Counted from the stretch's first letter, positions 7,200 to 17,085 are shown. The stretch: DNA of 56,156 nt from an uncultured Lachnospiraceae bacterium (GCA_963544505.1 CAUUFM010000001.1:1-56156); one strand, 5' to 3'. A program made the numbers and translations. Notes: generated by a model from the sequence alone, not told the origin.

Positions 7200-10100
7200 G
7201 TGAAAGAAAATCCTTTAGCAGATACTCTTAAAGTTCAGACAGATTTTGAGCAAATGACTGTTTTTGATAAGTTGCCGGATAAAGATGTAGGAAAAGTTAA
7301 TAAAGTTGAAAAATCATCAGAGAATGAAAGATATGCAACTGATGAAGAATATATGGGAGGAATTCCACCCGTCAATTACAAAATCACAAGGGAAGATGAG
7401 ATCTTACCACCTTCAGAAAGATTGAAGAATAATATAGAAGCCATCAAAGTTTTAAAAGAAATCGAAGAAAGGCATAGTAATGCAACTAAAGAAGAACAGG
7501 ATATTTTAAGCAAATACTTAGGTTGGGGCGGATTATCAGATGTTTTTGATGAAACTAAAGAGGGGCAATGGAAAGAAGCAAGAAATTTTTTAAAGGGGAG
7601 TTTAGAGCCGGAAGAGTATGCAGATGCAATGAAATCTATACTAACAGCTTTTTATACGCCTAAAACAGTCATTGACGGAATATATAAGACGCTTTCTGAT
7701 ATGGGATTTAGAAACGGAAATATCCTTGAGCCGTCAATGGGCATCGGAAACTTTATCGGAAATCTTCCTGATGAAATGAATAAGTCTAAATTTTACGGTG
7801 TGGAGCTTGACTCTATAAGCGGTCGAATAGGAAAACTTCTATATCCGGAAAGTGATATACAGATTAAGGGACTTGAAGAAACCTCCTTTTCCAATAACTT
7901 CTTTGATGTAGCAATCGGAAATGTTCCGCTTGGAGAATACAGGGTCAATGACAGGGAGTATAATAAAAATAACTTTCTTATTCACGATTATTTTTTTGCC
8001 AAGTCCATTGACAAGGTTCGTAGCGATGGAATTATTGCTTTTATTACATCTTCAGGAACTATGGATAAAAAGGACGAGAGTGTCAGACGTTACCTTGCAG
8101 CAAGAGCGGAGTTTTTAGGAGCAATCAGGCTTCCAAACGATACCTTTAAGGGTGTTGCCGGAACGGAAGTAACAAGTGATATTATATTTTTACAAAAAAG
8201 AGATAAGGCTTTTGAAAGAGATGATATATGGTTGCACCTTGAAACCGATAAAGGCGGACTGACCTATAATAAATACTTTGTTGATAATCCTCAAATGATT
8301 CTTGGAGATATGAAAGAAATATCAGGAAGGTTCGGGAGTATTATTGCTTGTTTACCTAAAGAAAATGTCGACTTAAAAGACCTGTTAAATACGGCAGTGA
8401 AGGAAATATCCAAGAATGCAAATTATTATGAAATAGAAATTAATGAAATTGACGATGAGTTAAAGGACAGCCTACCGGTGCTTTATGATGATGAGGTTGA
8501 AAATTTTTCTTACACAGTCATTGATGATGAGGTATATTACAGAGAAAATGAACATTATATTAAAAAGTGTTTGTTCGGAACAAAAAAGATACCGGGAGAA
8601 GAAGAACAAGAAATTACGGTGCTGATAAGAAAATATCCAAACAAAAGTGAAATAAAAAGGATAAAAGATTACATAAAAGTAAGGGAAGCAGTCAAAAAAG
8701 TGATACAGGCACAAAAAGATGATTTAGACGATGAAGAAATAAAGTCGATACAAAAAGAATTAAATGATGTTTATGACAAGTTGTATAAAAAAGGAAACTT
8801 TATAAATGGGCAAAAAAATACAAATCTTTGTAAACAAGATTCAAAATTTTATCTTGTGGCATCTATAGAAAATATTGATGATAATGGTAAATTCGTATCA
8901 AAGGGAGATATCTTTTCAAAAAGAACGATTAAAAAAGCGAAAGCAGTTGAATATGTGGAAACTTCACTTGAAGCACTTGTTTTGTCCATAGCTGAAAAAG
9001 GGAACATAGACTTTGAGTATATGAAAAGTCTGACGGGTAAAAATAGGCTTAATTTAATAGAAGAACTTAAAGGAGAAATATATTTAAATATCAGTGAAGA
9101 ACAAAATTTTAGCGAATCGGTTTCATTTGACTTAAAAGACGGTGATTTACCATTTGCAGCTACAAACGGGAATAATTCTTACAATCATTTTTATGTAACA
9201 AAAGACGAGTATTTAAGCGGAAATATCAGAGATAAGATTGCTATTGTAGATAGGTATATAGAAAGATTAAGACAGAGTGAAAATAGACTTAGCGATTACG
9301 AGAATGTAAAAAAAGAACTTTTAAAAAATGAATTAAGTCATCTTGAGTATCAAAGAACCGAGCTGCAAAAAGTTATGCCAAGAGAACTCGATGCAAGTGA
9401 AATAAGTGTGCGACTTGGAGCTATATGGATACCGGGTAAAGATGTAGAAAATTTTATTTTCAAAACTTTAAAAACTCCTGAGTGGGCAAAACGAGATATA
9501 AAAGTCAATTTTTCAGAATTTACAAGCAAGTGGCAGATTGAGGGTAAAAGCGTTGACAAAAATAATGAACTTGCACATATGACTTATGGCACAAGCAGAA
9601 TAAATGCTTATGAATTGATTGAATCTGCACTTAACTTAAAAGAAGCTGAAGTGTTTGATATAGTATATGATGGAGAAAAAGAGCAAAAAATACTGAATAA
9701 AAAAGAAACAATTCTTGCAAGGCAGAAGCAGGAGCTTTTAAAAGAAGAATTTAAGAATCACATATTTGAGGATAATGAGAGAAGAAATCGTCTTGTAAAA
9801 CTGTATAATGAGAGATTTAATTCCATTCGCAATCGTGAATATAACGGATTCAATTTAGCACTTAATGGAATAAGTCCGGAAATAAAATTAAAGGAACATC
9901 AAAAGAATGCAATTGCAAGAGTGCTTTACGGAGGTAATACGTTGCTTGCACACGTAGTTGGAGCGGGTAAGACATTTGAAATGGTAGCTTCAGCAATGGA
10001 AAGTAAGCGTTTAGGTATGTGCAGCAAATCCTTAATTGTAGTGCCGAATCATATAACAGGACAGTTTGGAAGGGAGTTTATGCAGCTTTATCCGACAGCT

Positions 10101-12836
10101 AATATTATGGTGGCGGATAAAAAAGACTTTGAGCCGAAAAAACGTAAACTTTTTATATCACGTATTGCAACGGGAGAATATGATGCCGTTATTATCGGAC
10201 ATACTCAATTCAGCAAAATACCTATGTCTGTAGAATATCAAAAAAGTCATATTAAAGAAGAAATAGAGCTGATATTAAATGCAATAAAAGAATATAATGA
10301 AGATAAGGGCTTGAGTTTTACAGTAAAAGAAATGCAAAATACGGTAAAAAAATTAGAAACAAAGCTTGAATATTTAAATGAAAAAACAAAAAAAGATGAT
10401 GATATAATCACTTTTGAGGAATTGGGAGTTGACAGACTTTTTATTGATGAAGCACATAATTATAAAAATTTGCATCTTTATACAAAGATGAGAAATGTAG
10501 CAGGAATCAATAAATCTGAATCGGGCAAGGCTGCTGATATGTTTATGAAGTGTCGATATATGGACGAAATGACAGATGGAAAGGGTGTGATTTTTGCCAC
10601 CGGTACACCGATAAGTAATTCAATGACAGAGCTTTATACAATGCAGAGGTATTTGCAATATGATGCCCTAAAAGAATGTAATCTTAGTAATTTTGATGCT
10701 TGGGCGTCAACTTATGGAGAAACTAATAGCAGTTTTGAGTTATCTCCTGAAGGCACAGGATATAATCTTAAAACAAGATTTTCAAAGTTTTATAATCTTC
10801 CTGAGCTTATGAGTATGTTTAAGGAAATAGCTGATATTCAGACGGCGGATATGTTAAATCTTCCGACTCCTGAAGCACACTATGAAGTGATTAAAACCTT
10901 GCCAAGCGAAGAACAAAAGGAAATATTAAAGAGCCTATCTGAAAGAGCGGATAAGGTACGTAACAGGGCAGTAGAACCGGAAGAAGATAATATGCTTAAA
11001 ATAACAAATGACGGCAAGAAGCTTGCACTTGACCAAAGGCTTATCAATCCGTTACTTCCTGATAATCCGAACAGCAAAGTGAATACCTGCATAAAGAATA
11101 TTTTTAGTATATGGGATAGGTATAAAGAACAAAGGCTCACGCAATTAGTATTTTGTGATATGTCTACACCGAAGCCTAAACCTAAGAAAAAAGAGAATGA
11201 GATTGAAGAATCAGAAGAATATGACACAATGCAAGAAGCTGAAGAAACACAAGAAGAAGAAAAATTTACCGTTTATGATGATGTGAAAGATAAGCTTGTG
11301 GGAATGGGAGTTCCTGAAGAAGAAATAGCTTTTATTCATCATTTTAAGAGTGATGACGCAAAGGAAAAGCTGTTTGCAAAGGTAAGAACGGGAGAAGTGC
11401 GTATATTATTGGGCTCAACACAGAAGATGGGAGCCGGCACGAATGTACAAAACAAGCTGATTGCACTTCACGATTTGGATGTGCCTTGGCGTCCTGCCGA
11501 CCTTGAGCAACGTGCGGGCAGAATTGTAAGACAGGGAAATGAAAATAAGGAAGTTTTTGTTTATCGTTATGTTACTGAAAATACCTTTGACAGCTATTTA
11601 TGGCAGACCATAGAAAATAAGCAGAAGTTCATATCTCAGATTATGACCGGTAAGATCCCTATACGAGCAGCTGAAGGAATAGATGAAGATACATTAAATT
11701 ATGCCGAGATTAAGGCACTTGCAACGGGAGATATGAGAATTAAAGAGAAGATGACTTTAGATACTGAGGTTACAAAGCTGAAAATGCTTGAAGCAAACTA
11801 CAATTCCAATCGCTACAGATTAGAGGATAAGGTATTTAAAATTTATCCGGAGGAAATAGCCAAAATAGAAAAACAAATAGAACATACAAAGAAAGATATA
11901 GCTGCAGCTCAATTCAAAGGTGAAAATAAGTTTACATCTATTACTATAAACGGTCAAGAGATATTGGAGAAAAAAATAGCAGGAGAAAAACTGCTTGAGG
12001 CAATAAAAAAGTGCAGTGTGGGTGACTATACAGTTATAGGTAATTACAGAGGTTTTGAAATAAGAGTCAATTATTTGTTCAGTAAAAACACTTACGGATT
12101 TACCTTAAAAAGAGCGGGTAAACATTATGGAGAATTCGGGAACAGTGCAGACGGAAATATAGTACGCCTTGATAATGTAATAGATAGGTTGCCCGAACAT
12201 CTAAAAAGGTTGGAGGGAAATATAAATAATACAAAAAAGCAACTGGATAATGCAAAAGCAGAGCTTGAAAAGCCGTTCGATAAAGCTGATGAGTTGAAAA
12301 GTAAAGTATTAAGGCTGGCAGAACTTAATGCAATACTTGGTATGGGAGATGATATATCAGATGAATATAAAAATAAGAATGCAAAAGAAGATAAGCTTAT
12401 TGAAGTAAAAAGAGCTATTATTGATTTTTGTAATCGTGAGTGCGGCAATAATTATTCATATGAGGATTTTGATGAAATTTTTCCTGATATAAGGCATATA
12501 GATATAGCAACCACAGTTACATCTAATGAAGAATATGAGATAACATATGAGCTTAATTTAGAAACCTGCAGTTATTCCAAGTATGTTGATATAAATCTTA
12601 TAGAAACAGAAGAGTTTAGTGGAAATACTATTGAAGATAAGTTAAATACCATAAAAGAAATGCTTGAATATATAAATGTTAAAGAACTTGTATCGATAAA
12701 TGAAGATAATCTATATGAAAAAACGAAACAAAGGGTAGATGAGAAATCTGACTTTTATTTTGATGATGAAAATAACTATAATTACGAACTTAAAGATGAT
12801 TATCTGATGGTGTCAGATAATGAAACAGAATTATAA
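7200..12836 (+). CDS. DarB-like polyvalent protein: N6-adenine DNA methyltransferase fused to an SNF2/DEAD-type helicase
   Basis: MTase motif I ILEPSMGIGNFIG and motif IV-like GNVPLG. Helicase motifs AHVVGAGKTFEM, FIDEAHNYKN and QRAGRIVRQGN. The frame is open without a start codon back to 7005. Confidence 0.8.
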   Translation: MKENPLADTLKVQTDFEQMTVFDKLPDKDVGKVNKVEKSSENERYATDEEYMGGIPPVNYKITREDEILPPSERLKNNIEAIKVLKEIEERHSNATKEEQDILSKYLGWGGLSDVFDETKEGQWKEARNFLKGSLEPEEYADAMKSILTAFYTPKTVIDGIYKTLSDMGFRNGNILEPSMGIGNFIGNLPDEMNKSKFYGVELDSISGRIGKLLYPESDIQIKGLEETSFSNNFFDVAIGNVPLGEYRVNDREYNKNNFLIHDYFFAKSIDKVRSDGIIAFITSSGTMDKKDESVRRYLAARAEFLGAIRLPNDTFKGVAGTEVTSDIIFLQKRDKAFERDDIWLHLETDKGGLTYNKYFVDNPQMILGDMKEISGRFGSIIACLPKENVDLKDLLNTAVKEISKNANYYEIEINEIDDELKDSLPVLYDDEVENFSYTVIDDEVYYRENEHYIKKCLFGTKKIPGEEEQEITVLIRKYPNKSEIKRIKDYIKVREAVKKVIQAQKDDLDDEEIKSIQKELNDVYDKLYKKGNFINGQKNTNLCKQDSKFYLVASIENIDDNGKFVSKGDIFSKRTIKKAKAVEYVETSLEALVLSIAEKGNIDFEYMKSLTGKNRLNLIEELKGEIYLNISEEQNFSESVSFDLKDGDLPFAATNGNNSYNHFYVTKDEYLSGNIRDKIAIVDRYIERLRQSENRLSDYENVKKELLKNELSHLEYQRTELQKVMPRELDASEISVRLGAIWIPGKDVENFIFKTLKTPEWAKRDIKVNFSEFTSKWQIEGKSVDKNNELAHMTYGTSRINAYELIESALNLKEAEVFDIVYDGEKEQKILNKKETILARQKQELLKEEFKNHIFEDNERRNRLVKLYNERFNSIRNREYNGFNLALNGISPEIKLKEHQKNAIARVLYGGNTLLAHVVGAGKTFEMVASAMESKRLGMCSKSLIVVPNHITGQFGREFMQLYPTANIMVADKKDFEPKKRKLFISRIATGEYDAVIIGHTQFSKIPMSVEYQKSHIKEEIELILNAIKEYNEDKGLSFTVKEMQNTVKKLETKLEYLNEKTKKDDDIITFEELGVDRLFIDEAHNYKNLHLYTKMRNVAGINKSESGKAADMFMKCRYMDEMTDGKGVIFATGTPISNSMTELYTMQRYLQYDALKECNLSNFDAWASTYGETNSSFELSPEGTGYNLKTRFSKFYNLPELMSMFKEIADIQTADMLNLPTPEAHYEVIKTLPSEEQKEILKSLSERADKVRNRAVEPEEDNMLKITNDGKKLALDQRLINPLLPDNPNSKVNTCIKNIFSIWDRYKEQRLTQLVFCDMSTPKPKPKKKENEIEESEEYDTMQEAEETQEEEKFTVYDDVKDKLVGMGVPEEEIAFIHHFKSDDAKEKLFAKVRTGEVRILLGSTQKMGAGTNVQNKLIALHDLDVPWRPADLEQRAGRIVRQGNENKEVFVYRYVTENTFDSYLWQTIENKQKFISQIMTGKIPIRAAEGIDEDTLNYAEIKALATGDMRIKEKMTLDTEVTKLKMLEANYNSNRYRLEDKVFKIYPEEIAKIEKQIEHTKKDIAAAQFKGENKFTSITINGQEILEKKIAGEKLLEAIKKCSVGDYTVIGNYRGFEIRVNYLFSKNTYGFTLKRAGKHYGEFGNSADGNIVRLDNVIDRLPEHLKRLEGNINNTKKQLDNAKAELEKPFDKADELKSKVLRLAELNAILGMGDDISDEYKNKNAKEDKLIEVKRAIIDFCNRECGNNYSYEDFDEIFPDIRHIDIATTVTSNEEYEITYELNLETCSYSKYVDINLIETEEFSGNTIEDKLNTIKEMLEYINVKELVSINEDNLYEKTKQRVDEKSDFYFDDENNYNYELKDDYLMVSDNETEL

Positions 12837-12893
12837 TAGTTTAGATTTTTTTCCAATAACAAATGTTGATGATAATTTCAGAAAGGTATATAA

Positions 12894-14393
12894 ATGGACA
12901 ATAAGGTATTTTATTTAGGACATAAAGGCTTAAAAATAAGGACTATGTTAGAAGATGAGCTTGATTTTGTTTATAATGAGCAAAAAGGCGAGAGTATAGA
13001 TATAAAAGAATTTATGAAAAACAAGTTAAGAAATATAAGTATACCTAAGTATATGATAGTGGAAGTAAAAGCATTGCATACCGCCGAACCAAATTTATTG
13101 ATGGATTTGAAGAATTCCATATCAGAAATAAATGAGGGATTTAAGCATATGATTGTGTTGTTAAATGATGAAATTGACAAAAACATCTCAGATAATATGA
13201 AGAGTTATGCAAGAAACGGTAAAAATTATGTAGTAATAGAAGAGTCAAATGAAGAAAAGCTTATAGAAAAGCTGAAAGATAAAATAATTGAGTTGGAAAA
13301 TGAGAAAATTGAAAAAGAAAGAATTACAGTTGTTGATGATAAAGAAGAAATCAATAATGAGAAAAGAGGTAATGAAAATGCAATAAAAGAGGATATGGAT
13401 ATTAAAAATAAAGATATAAGGGCAAGAGAAATAGTAAAATCAGATACATTAAGTGTAAAGGATATGAAAAGACAGATTGCAAGTGAGAAAAATCAAGGCA
13501 ATGAGTTAAAAAATATACATAAAAATCCGGTAAATAAGATATTGGAAAAAAATGATAAAAGTAAATCTGCAAATAAAGAGGATATAGTTGCAGATATACC
13601 TGAAGATATATTTGCTACTGAAAAACCTGTTATTGAGATATCTCACGATAGTAGTGTTAGACAGTTCACACCTAATTTAGAGGTGGACGAGAATTTTTTG
13701 GATTTGTTATATCCGGAGAAAATAGAGAATGAAAATAGAAAGTGGACGATAACAGGACAAACCATACTTGTAATAGGCTGTGATAAGCGAGTAGGAGCCA
13801 CATTTATCGCATTAGCTCTGGCTCAAAGTTTAGCTAAGGAAAAAGCATATTCTATGTATTGTTTAGCATCAAGTGACGGTATAGCACTCAGTGATAAGGC
13901 TAAAGATTATAATTTTATACAAAAATCCGATAATTATTATTCCTATAACGAAGTGCCGTTTACTCGTATTTTGACTGATAAAAATGCGAATTTTATCGTA
14001 TATGATATAGATATGCAGCTTGTAAAAAGAAGCTTCAGTAATAAAAAAATAACAAAAACTGTTCTTGTATCAGACGGAAATACGCAAGGATTACGAAATC
14101 TTGAAAACAAAATAGAAGAGCTTAAAACAGTAGGTATAGATACTTATGATATAGTTATGGTTAATACTATTTTTGATAAAAATATATATAAAAGTTTTGA
14201 AAATGAAAAAGTGAATGTATATTATTGGGAGCATTGTATTAAAGCGACAGATAAAGAAGCTATAAATCAGGAATGCTTTACAAAAATCATAGATGAATTA
14301 TATGATTTAGAATCAGAACATAAATATAATGAGAATACAATGGAAGATGTTGTAAAAGATGGAATAGATGAATTTATGGAAGCAGAAATTTAA
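12894..14393 (+). CDS. hypothetical protein with a C-terminal ParA/MinD-like domain carrying a degenerate P-loop
   Basis: TILVIGCDKRVGATFIALALA resembles a deviant Walker A but lacks GK[ST]. The central region is K/E-rich. Confidence 0.5.
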   Translation: MDNKVFYLGHKGLKIRTMLEDELDFVYNEQKGESIDIKEFMKNKLRNISIPKYMIVEVKALHTAEPNLLMDLKNSISEINEGFKHMIVLLNDEIDKNISDNMKSYARNGKNYVVIEESNEEKLIEKLKDKIIELENEKIEKERITVVDDKEEINNEKRGNENAIKEDMDIKNKDIRAREIVKSDTLSVKDMKRQIASEKNQGNELKNIHKNPVNKILEKNDKSKSANKEDIVADIPEDIFATEKPVIEISHDSSVRQFTPNLEVDENFLDLLYPEKIENENRKWTITGQTILVIGCDKRVGATFIALALAQSLAKEKAYSMYCLASSDGIALSDKAKDYNFIQKSDNYYSYNEVPFTRILTDKNANFIVYDIDMQLVKRSFSNKKITKTVLVSDGNTQGLRNLENKIEELKTVGIDTYDIVMVNTIFDKNIYKSFENEKVNVYYWEHCIKATDKEAINQECFTKIIDELYDLESEHKYNENTMEDVVKDGIDEFMEAEI

Positions 14394-14402
14394 AAAAAGA
14401 TA

Positions 14403-14421
14403 GAGCCTTTTATAAAGGCTC
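14403..14421. terminator. 8-bp hairpin usable in both directions
   Basis: GAGCCTTT-tat-AAAGGCTC. The T-run is on the minus-strand side (A7 at 14394-14400 on the + strand). Confidence 0.5.
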
Positions 14422-14461
14422 CAAAATTATTTAAAAAATCTTAAATATTTGATAATCTAAG

Positions 14462-16204
14462 GATACAGCAAACATCAATAAAAGTCAATAAAAAACATAA
14501 TTATTTCACAATTAAATATAGAATTATAATTATAAGTTATATTTTATTTTACAAATGTCCTAATAAAAGGAGGGTGTCTTATGCAATTAGATGATATGAT
14601 GTTTTCAGCACTTGAAGGAAATATTTATAGATTTGTCTGTGATCTGGCTGTAAATATAATGCAACACATATTGATAGAGCAAGAAAAAGAGGTACATAAT
14701 GCCAGAGATAAAAAAAGATACATAGCCAATGGAAAAAGAAAAAGTAACATAAAAGTCATTTTTGGAGTGGTTGAGTATAGTAGGCATTTATATACAGACA
14801 GAGAAACAAAAGAGTACGTATATTTATTTGATGAGCATTTAAACATATGTAAACTTGGCTTCTATTCAGAAAATTTGGTAAATAAGATGATAGAGCTCGT
14901 ATCAGAAATGTCATATAGGCAGGCGGAGGAAAAGATGGAGCTTTTAACTAACAACAAAATAAGTCATCAAAGCTTCTGGAATGTAATACAAAAATATGGA
15001 AATATTTTGCAGGAAAAACAGAAGAGCCTTTCTGAAAATTTTATTAAAGGACATTATAACGGATTTATACAATCTAAAGTGTTGTTTATGGAACAGGACG
15101 GAGTGTGGTTAAAGATGCAAAAAAAAGACAGACCGATAAAATCAGGCAGTTCTGAAATGAAAATAGCGATAAATTACACAGGTTGGAGCAATGATAATAC
15201 ATTAAGATATGATAAGCTGTTGAACAAGACGGCTATAGCAGGATTTTTTGATACAGATACTTTTTATAGATTAACTGACAGCCTAATATATAATACTTAT
15301 GATATGGATAGAGTGTTGTATAAAATATCTAATGCTGATGCGGCAGCGTGGACTAACAGGAATGAATTTGTTGATATATTTCAGATAGATTATTTTCATA
15401 TACATCAGGCGATAATAAAAAGCGTAAGAAACAAAGAGAAACGAAAAAGGTTCTTGTCTTTAATAAAAACCGGCAGATACGATGAATTGATATACGAAGT
15501 TGGAGCATATAAAAATATAATAAAGGATTCAAGTTCTCAAGAAACTGTAACAAAGCTGTATGAATATCTTAGTAATAATAGGGAATATTTACCACGTTGG
15601 CAAGAAAAGCTTAAGTTAGAAGATGAGCCTGATATAAAATATAAGAATATGGGTGTACAGGAAAATCAAAACTGCACTATAATAACAAGAAGAATGAAAC
15701 ATAGAAGAATGGCGTGGAGTAAAAAGGGTGCTACCAATTTAGCTATGGTTTTATGTGAAAGAGTAAATAAACAGACGCTAAAAGAAAATCCTAAAACTAT
15801 AAAAGATTTTAAGATAAAAAAAGCCACAATAGTAAAAGGCGTTAAAACATTCATTGATGATATGTATGCTGAAAAATCAAAAAAGAAAAAGAGTAGTGCT
15901 TTAGAATTAAATATAAGCCTCCCTTTATTAAATTCAAAGAACACATATATAAGCAAAATGTTAAGAAGCATACTTGATGAATAAGCAGCACAAACTATGA
16001 GTTTAAGAAAATAGTTATAAATTTTAAAGATATTTGAAAAAATATCTTAAGTTTTGGTTTAAAAAAACAATTCAATATGGTATAATTTGGCTAATAAATT
16101 TATTTATAGTCTAAATTATTCTAAAAAAATCTAAAAATAAAATCCCACAAGACAATTGTATTAAATTAAATACAAAAAATATCAAAAAGGATATTGACTG
16201 TATC
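14462..16204 (+). mobile_element. ISLre2-family insertion sequence
   Basis: Single transposase ORF flanked by imperfect inverted repeats: GATACAGCAAACATC (14462-14476) and the reverse complement GATACAGTCAATATC (16190-16204), 12/15 matching. No target-site duplication seen by eye. Confidence 0.6.
14581..15984 (+). CDS. ISLre2/UPF0236-family transposase
   Basis: 467 aa. N-terminal DKKRYIANGKRKSNIKVIFGVVEYSRHLY...YVYLFDEHLNI follows the ISLre2-family pattern. GGAGGG RBS. Confidence 0.7.
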   Translation: MQLDDMMFSALEGNIYRFVCDLAVNIMQHILIEQEKEVHNARDKKRYIANGKRKSNIKVIFGVVEYSRHLYTDRETKEYVYLFDEHLNICKLGFYSENLVNKMIELVSEMSYRQAEEKMELLTNNKISHQSFWNVIQKYGNILQEKQKSLSENFIKGHYNGFIQSKVLFMEQDGVWLKMQKKDRPIKSGSSEMKIAINYTGWSNDNTLRYDKLLNKTAIAGFFDTDTFYRLTDSLIYNTYDMDRVLYKISNADAAAWTNRNEFVDIFQIDYFHIHQAIIKSVRNKEKRKRFLSLIKTGRYDELIYEVGAYKNIIKDSSSQETVTKLYEYLSNNREYLPRWQEKLKLEDEPDIKYKNMGVQENQNCTIITRRMKHRRMAWSKKGATNLAMVLCERVNKQTLKENPKTIKDFKIKKATIVKGVKTFIDDMYAEKSKKKKSSALELNISLPLLNSKNTYISKMLRSILDE

Positions 16205-16205
16205 T

Positions 16206-16261
16206 AAAAAAAATAGCCCCTTTCCAAATCCCCGAAAGTGTGCTATAATACACTAACGGGG
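16206..16261 (-). terminator. compound hairpin plus U-run ending the DUF4160/DUF2442 unit
   Basis: Minus strand reads CCCC..AGTGT-attatagc-ACACT..GGGG..GGGGCTATTTTTTTT and abuts the IS right end. Confidence 0.4.
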
Positions 16262-16268
16262 AAAGTTA

Positions 16269-16325
16269 TATTTTGCGGTATATCTCTTCCTTACGCCGTA
16301 CAGGTGCGCCAACACCTTGTACGGC
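16269..16325 (-). repeat. hairpin + box module (minus-strand copy 1)
   Basis: Box is the reverse complement of 16269-16287 (AGAGATATACCGCAAAATA). Hairpin at 16295-16325. Nearly identical, 3 mismatches in about 60 nt, to 17099-17160. Confidence 0.85.
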
Positions 16326-16329
16326 ATTT

Positions 16330-16752
16330 TTAATCTTTTTTTCGTATAATAGAAATTTTTTGTCCATCAAATATTAGTTGTGCTTCTTTATTTTCTTCAC
16401 TTAACCCCATTGCTTCAACCCAAGGCAGAGGCAAAGTTATTTTTGTACCTATGCGACCTTGACCATTTTTATTAAAGTGGATATTGCTAATTCTTTCAGA
16501 AACTTGAAATAATTCTCCCATTTCCCACAATTCCCACTCGGTAACATCAATTTCATCATTCCAAGATACAGCACAACCTCCACAATCAACAACCGCATTT
16601 TGAAATAAATGGGGGTTATATTCAAATTCTCTAAAAGGTTCATAGTAAGTCATCGCTTTTTTTACATCATAAAGTTTTTTTACCCCATTATTGAAAAGGA
16701 CCTCAAGTTTTAAATCATCAAGTATTTTTATTTTTTTAATCTTGATATTCAT
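16330..16752 (-). CDS. DUF2442-family protein fused to a C-terminal AbrB/SpoVT/MazE-like domain
   Basis: N-terminal LKLEVLFNNGVKKLYDV...VSWNDEIDVTEWELW fits DUF2442. C-terminal KITLPLPWVEAMGLSEENKEAQLIFDGQKISII looks like an AbrB-type swapped hairpin. Confidence 0.6.
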   Translation of the reverse strand: MNIKIKKIKILDDLKLEVLFNNGVKKLYDVKKAMTYYEPFREFEYNPHLFQNAVVDCGGCAVSWNDEIDVTEWELWEMGELFQVSERISNIHFNKNGQGRIGTKITLPLPWVEAMGLSEENKEAQLIFDGQKISIIRKKD

Positions 16753-16778
16753 AAAAATCTCCTTTTGCTACCCCCACT

Positions 16779-17030
16779 CTATTCAAGAGGGGGTAGTTTC
16801 TGTAATTGCTTTTCGTTCCACATTTTCATAAGCTCTTTTTGATAATTTAAAGCCCATTCAGTTATGAGGTTTTGAGCTTTTTTTGGTAAATCCCCCTCAA
16901 GCATTTTCAGCGTTTCTATCTCAAAGATACCGTTGTATTCCCCATACACGGCATGGAAATGAGGGGGATTATGTTCTCTTAGAAAAAATATTTTAATAAC
17001 AATACCATAAAATCTTGTAATCTCCGGCAT
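16779..17030 (-). CDS. DUF4160-family protein
   Basis: MPEITRFYGIVIKIFFLREHNPPHFHAVYGEY is the typical DUF4160 N-terminus. GGAG RBS. Confidence 0.7.
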   Translation of the reverse strand: MPEITRFYGIVIKIFFLREHNPPHFHAVYGEYNGIFEIETLKMLEGDLPKKAQNLITEWALNYQKELMKMWNEKQLQKLPPLE

Positions 17031-17056
17031 ATTTGAATCTCCTTTCTACAATTTAT

Positions 17057-17085
17057 ATTATAGAATAGTCGTACGACTATGTCAA
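17057..17085 (-). promoter_or_regulatory. consensus sigma70 promoter with a palindromic operator in the spacer
   Basis: Minus strand reads TTGACA-17 nt-TATAAT. The spacer contains the perfect 14-bp palindrome TAGTCGTACGACTA (17066-17079). Confidence 0.75.

Noticed and set aside
14477-14494. 18-nt identity AATAAAAGTCAATAAAAA shared with the repressor promoter region (18817-18834); possible outward TTGACT-17-TATCCT promoter at the IS left end, with the 14403 hairpin giving a small antisense RNA
   Set aside because: The sequence is low-complexity and A-rich in an AT-rich window, so a chance match is plausible. The predicted transcript would be short and has no supporting feature.
16214-16250. 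Plus-strand promoter TTTCCA-17-(TGc)TATAAT
   Set aside because: The TATAAT lies in the loop of the minus-strand compound terminator hairpin, and any transcript would run only into the next hairpin. It is more likely a structural coincidence.
16249-16257. TACACTAACGG versus TACCTAACGG (53150-53159) as an att core pair
   Set aside because: This is a 10-nt match with an indel, which is expected by chance in 56 kb. Joining the flanks would not rebuild a complete ABC ATPase 5' end.
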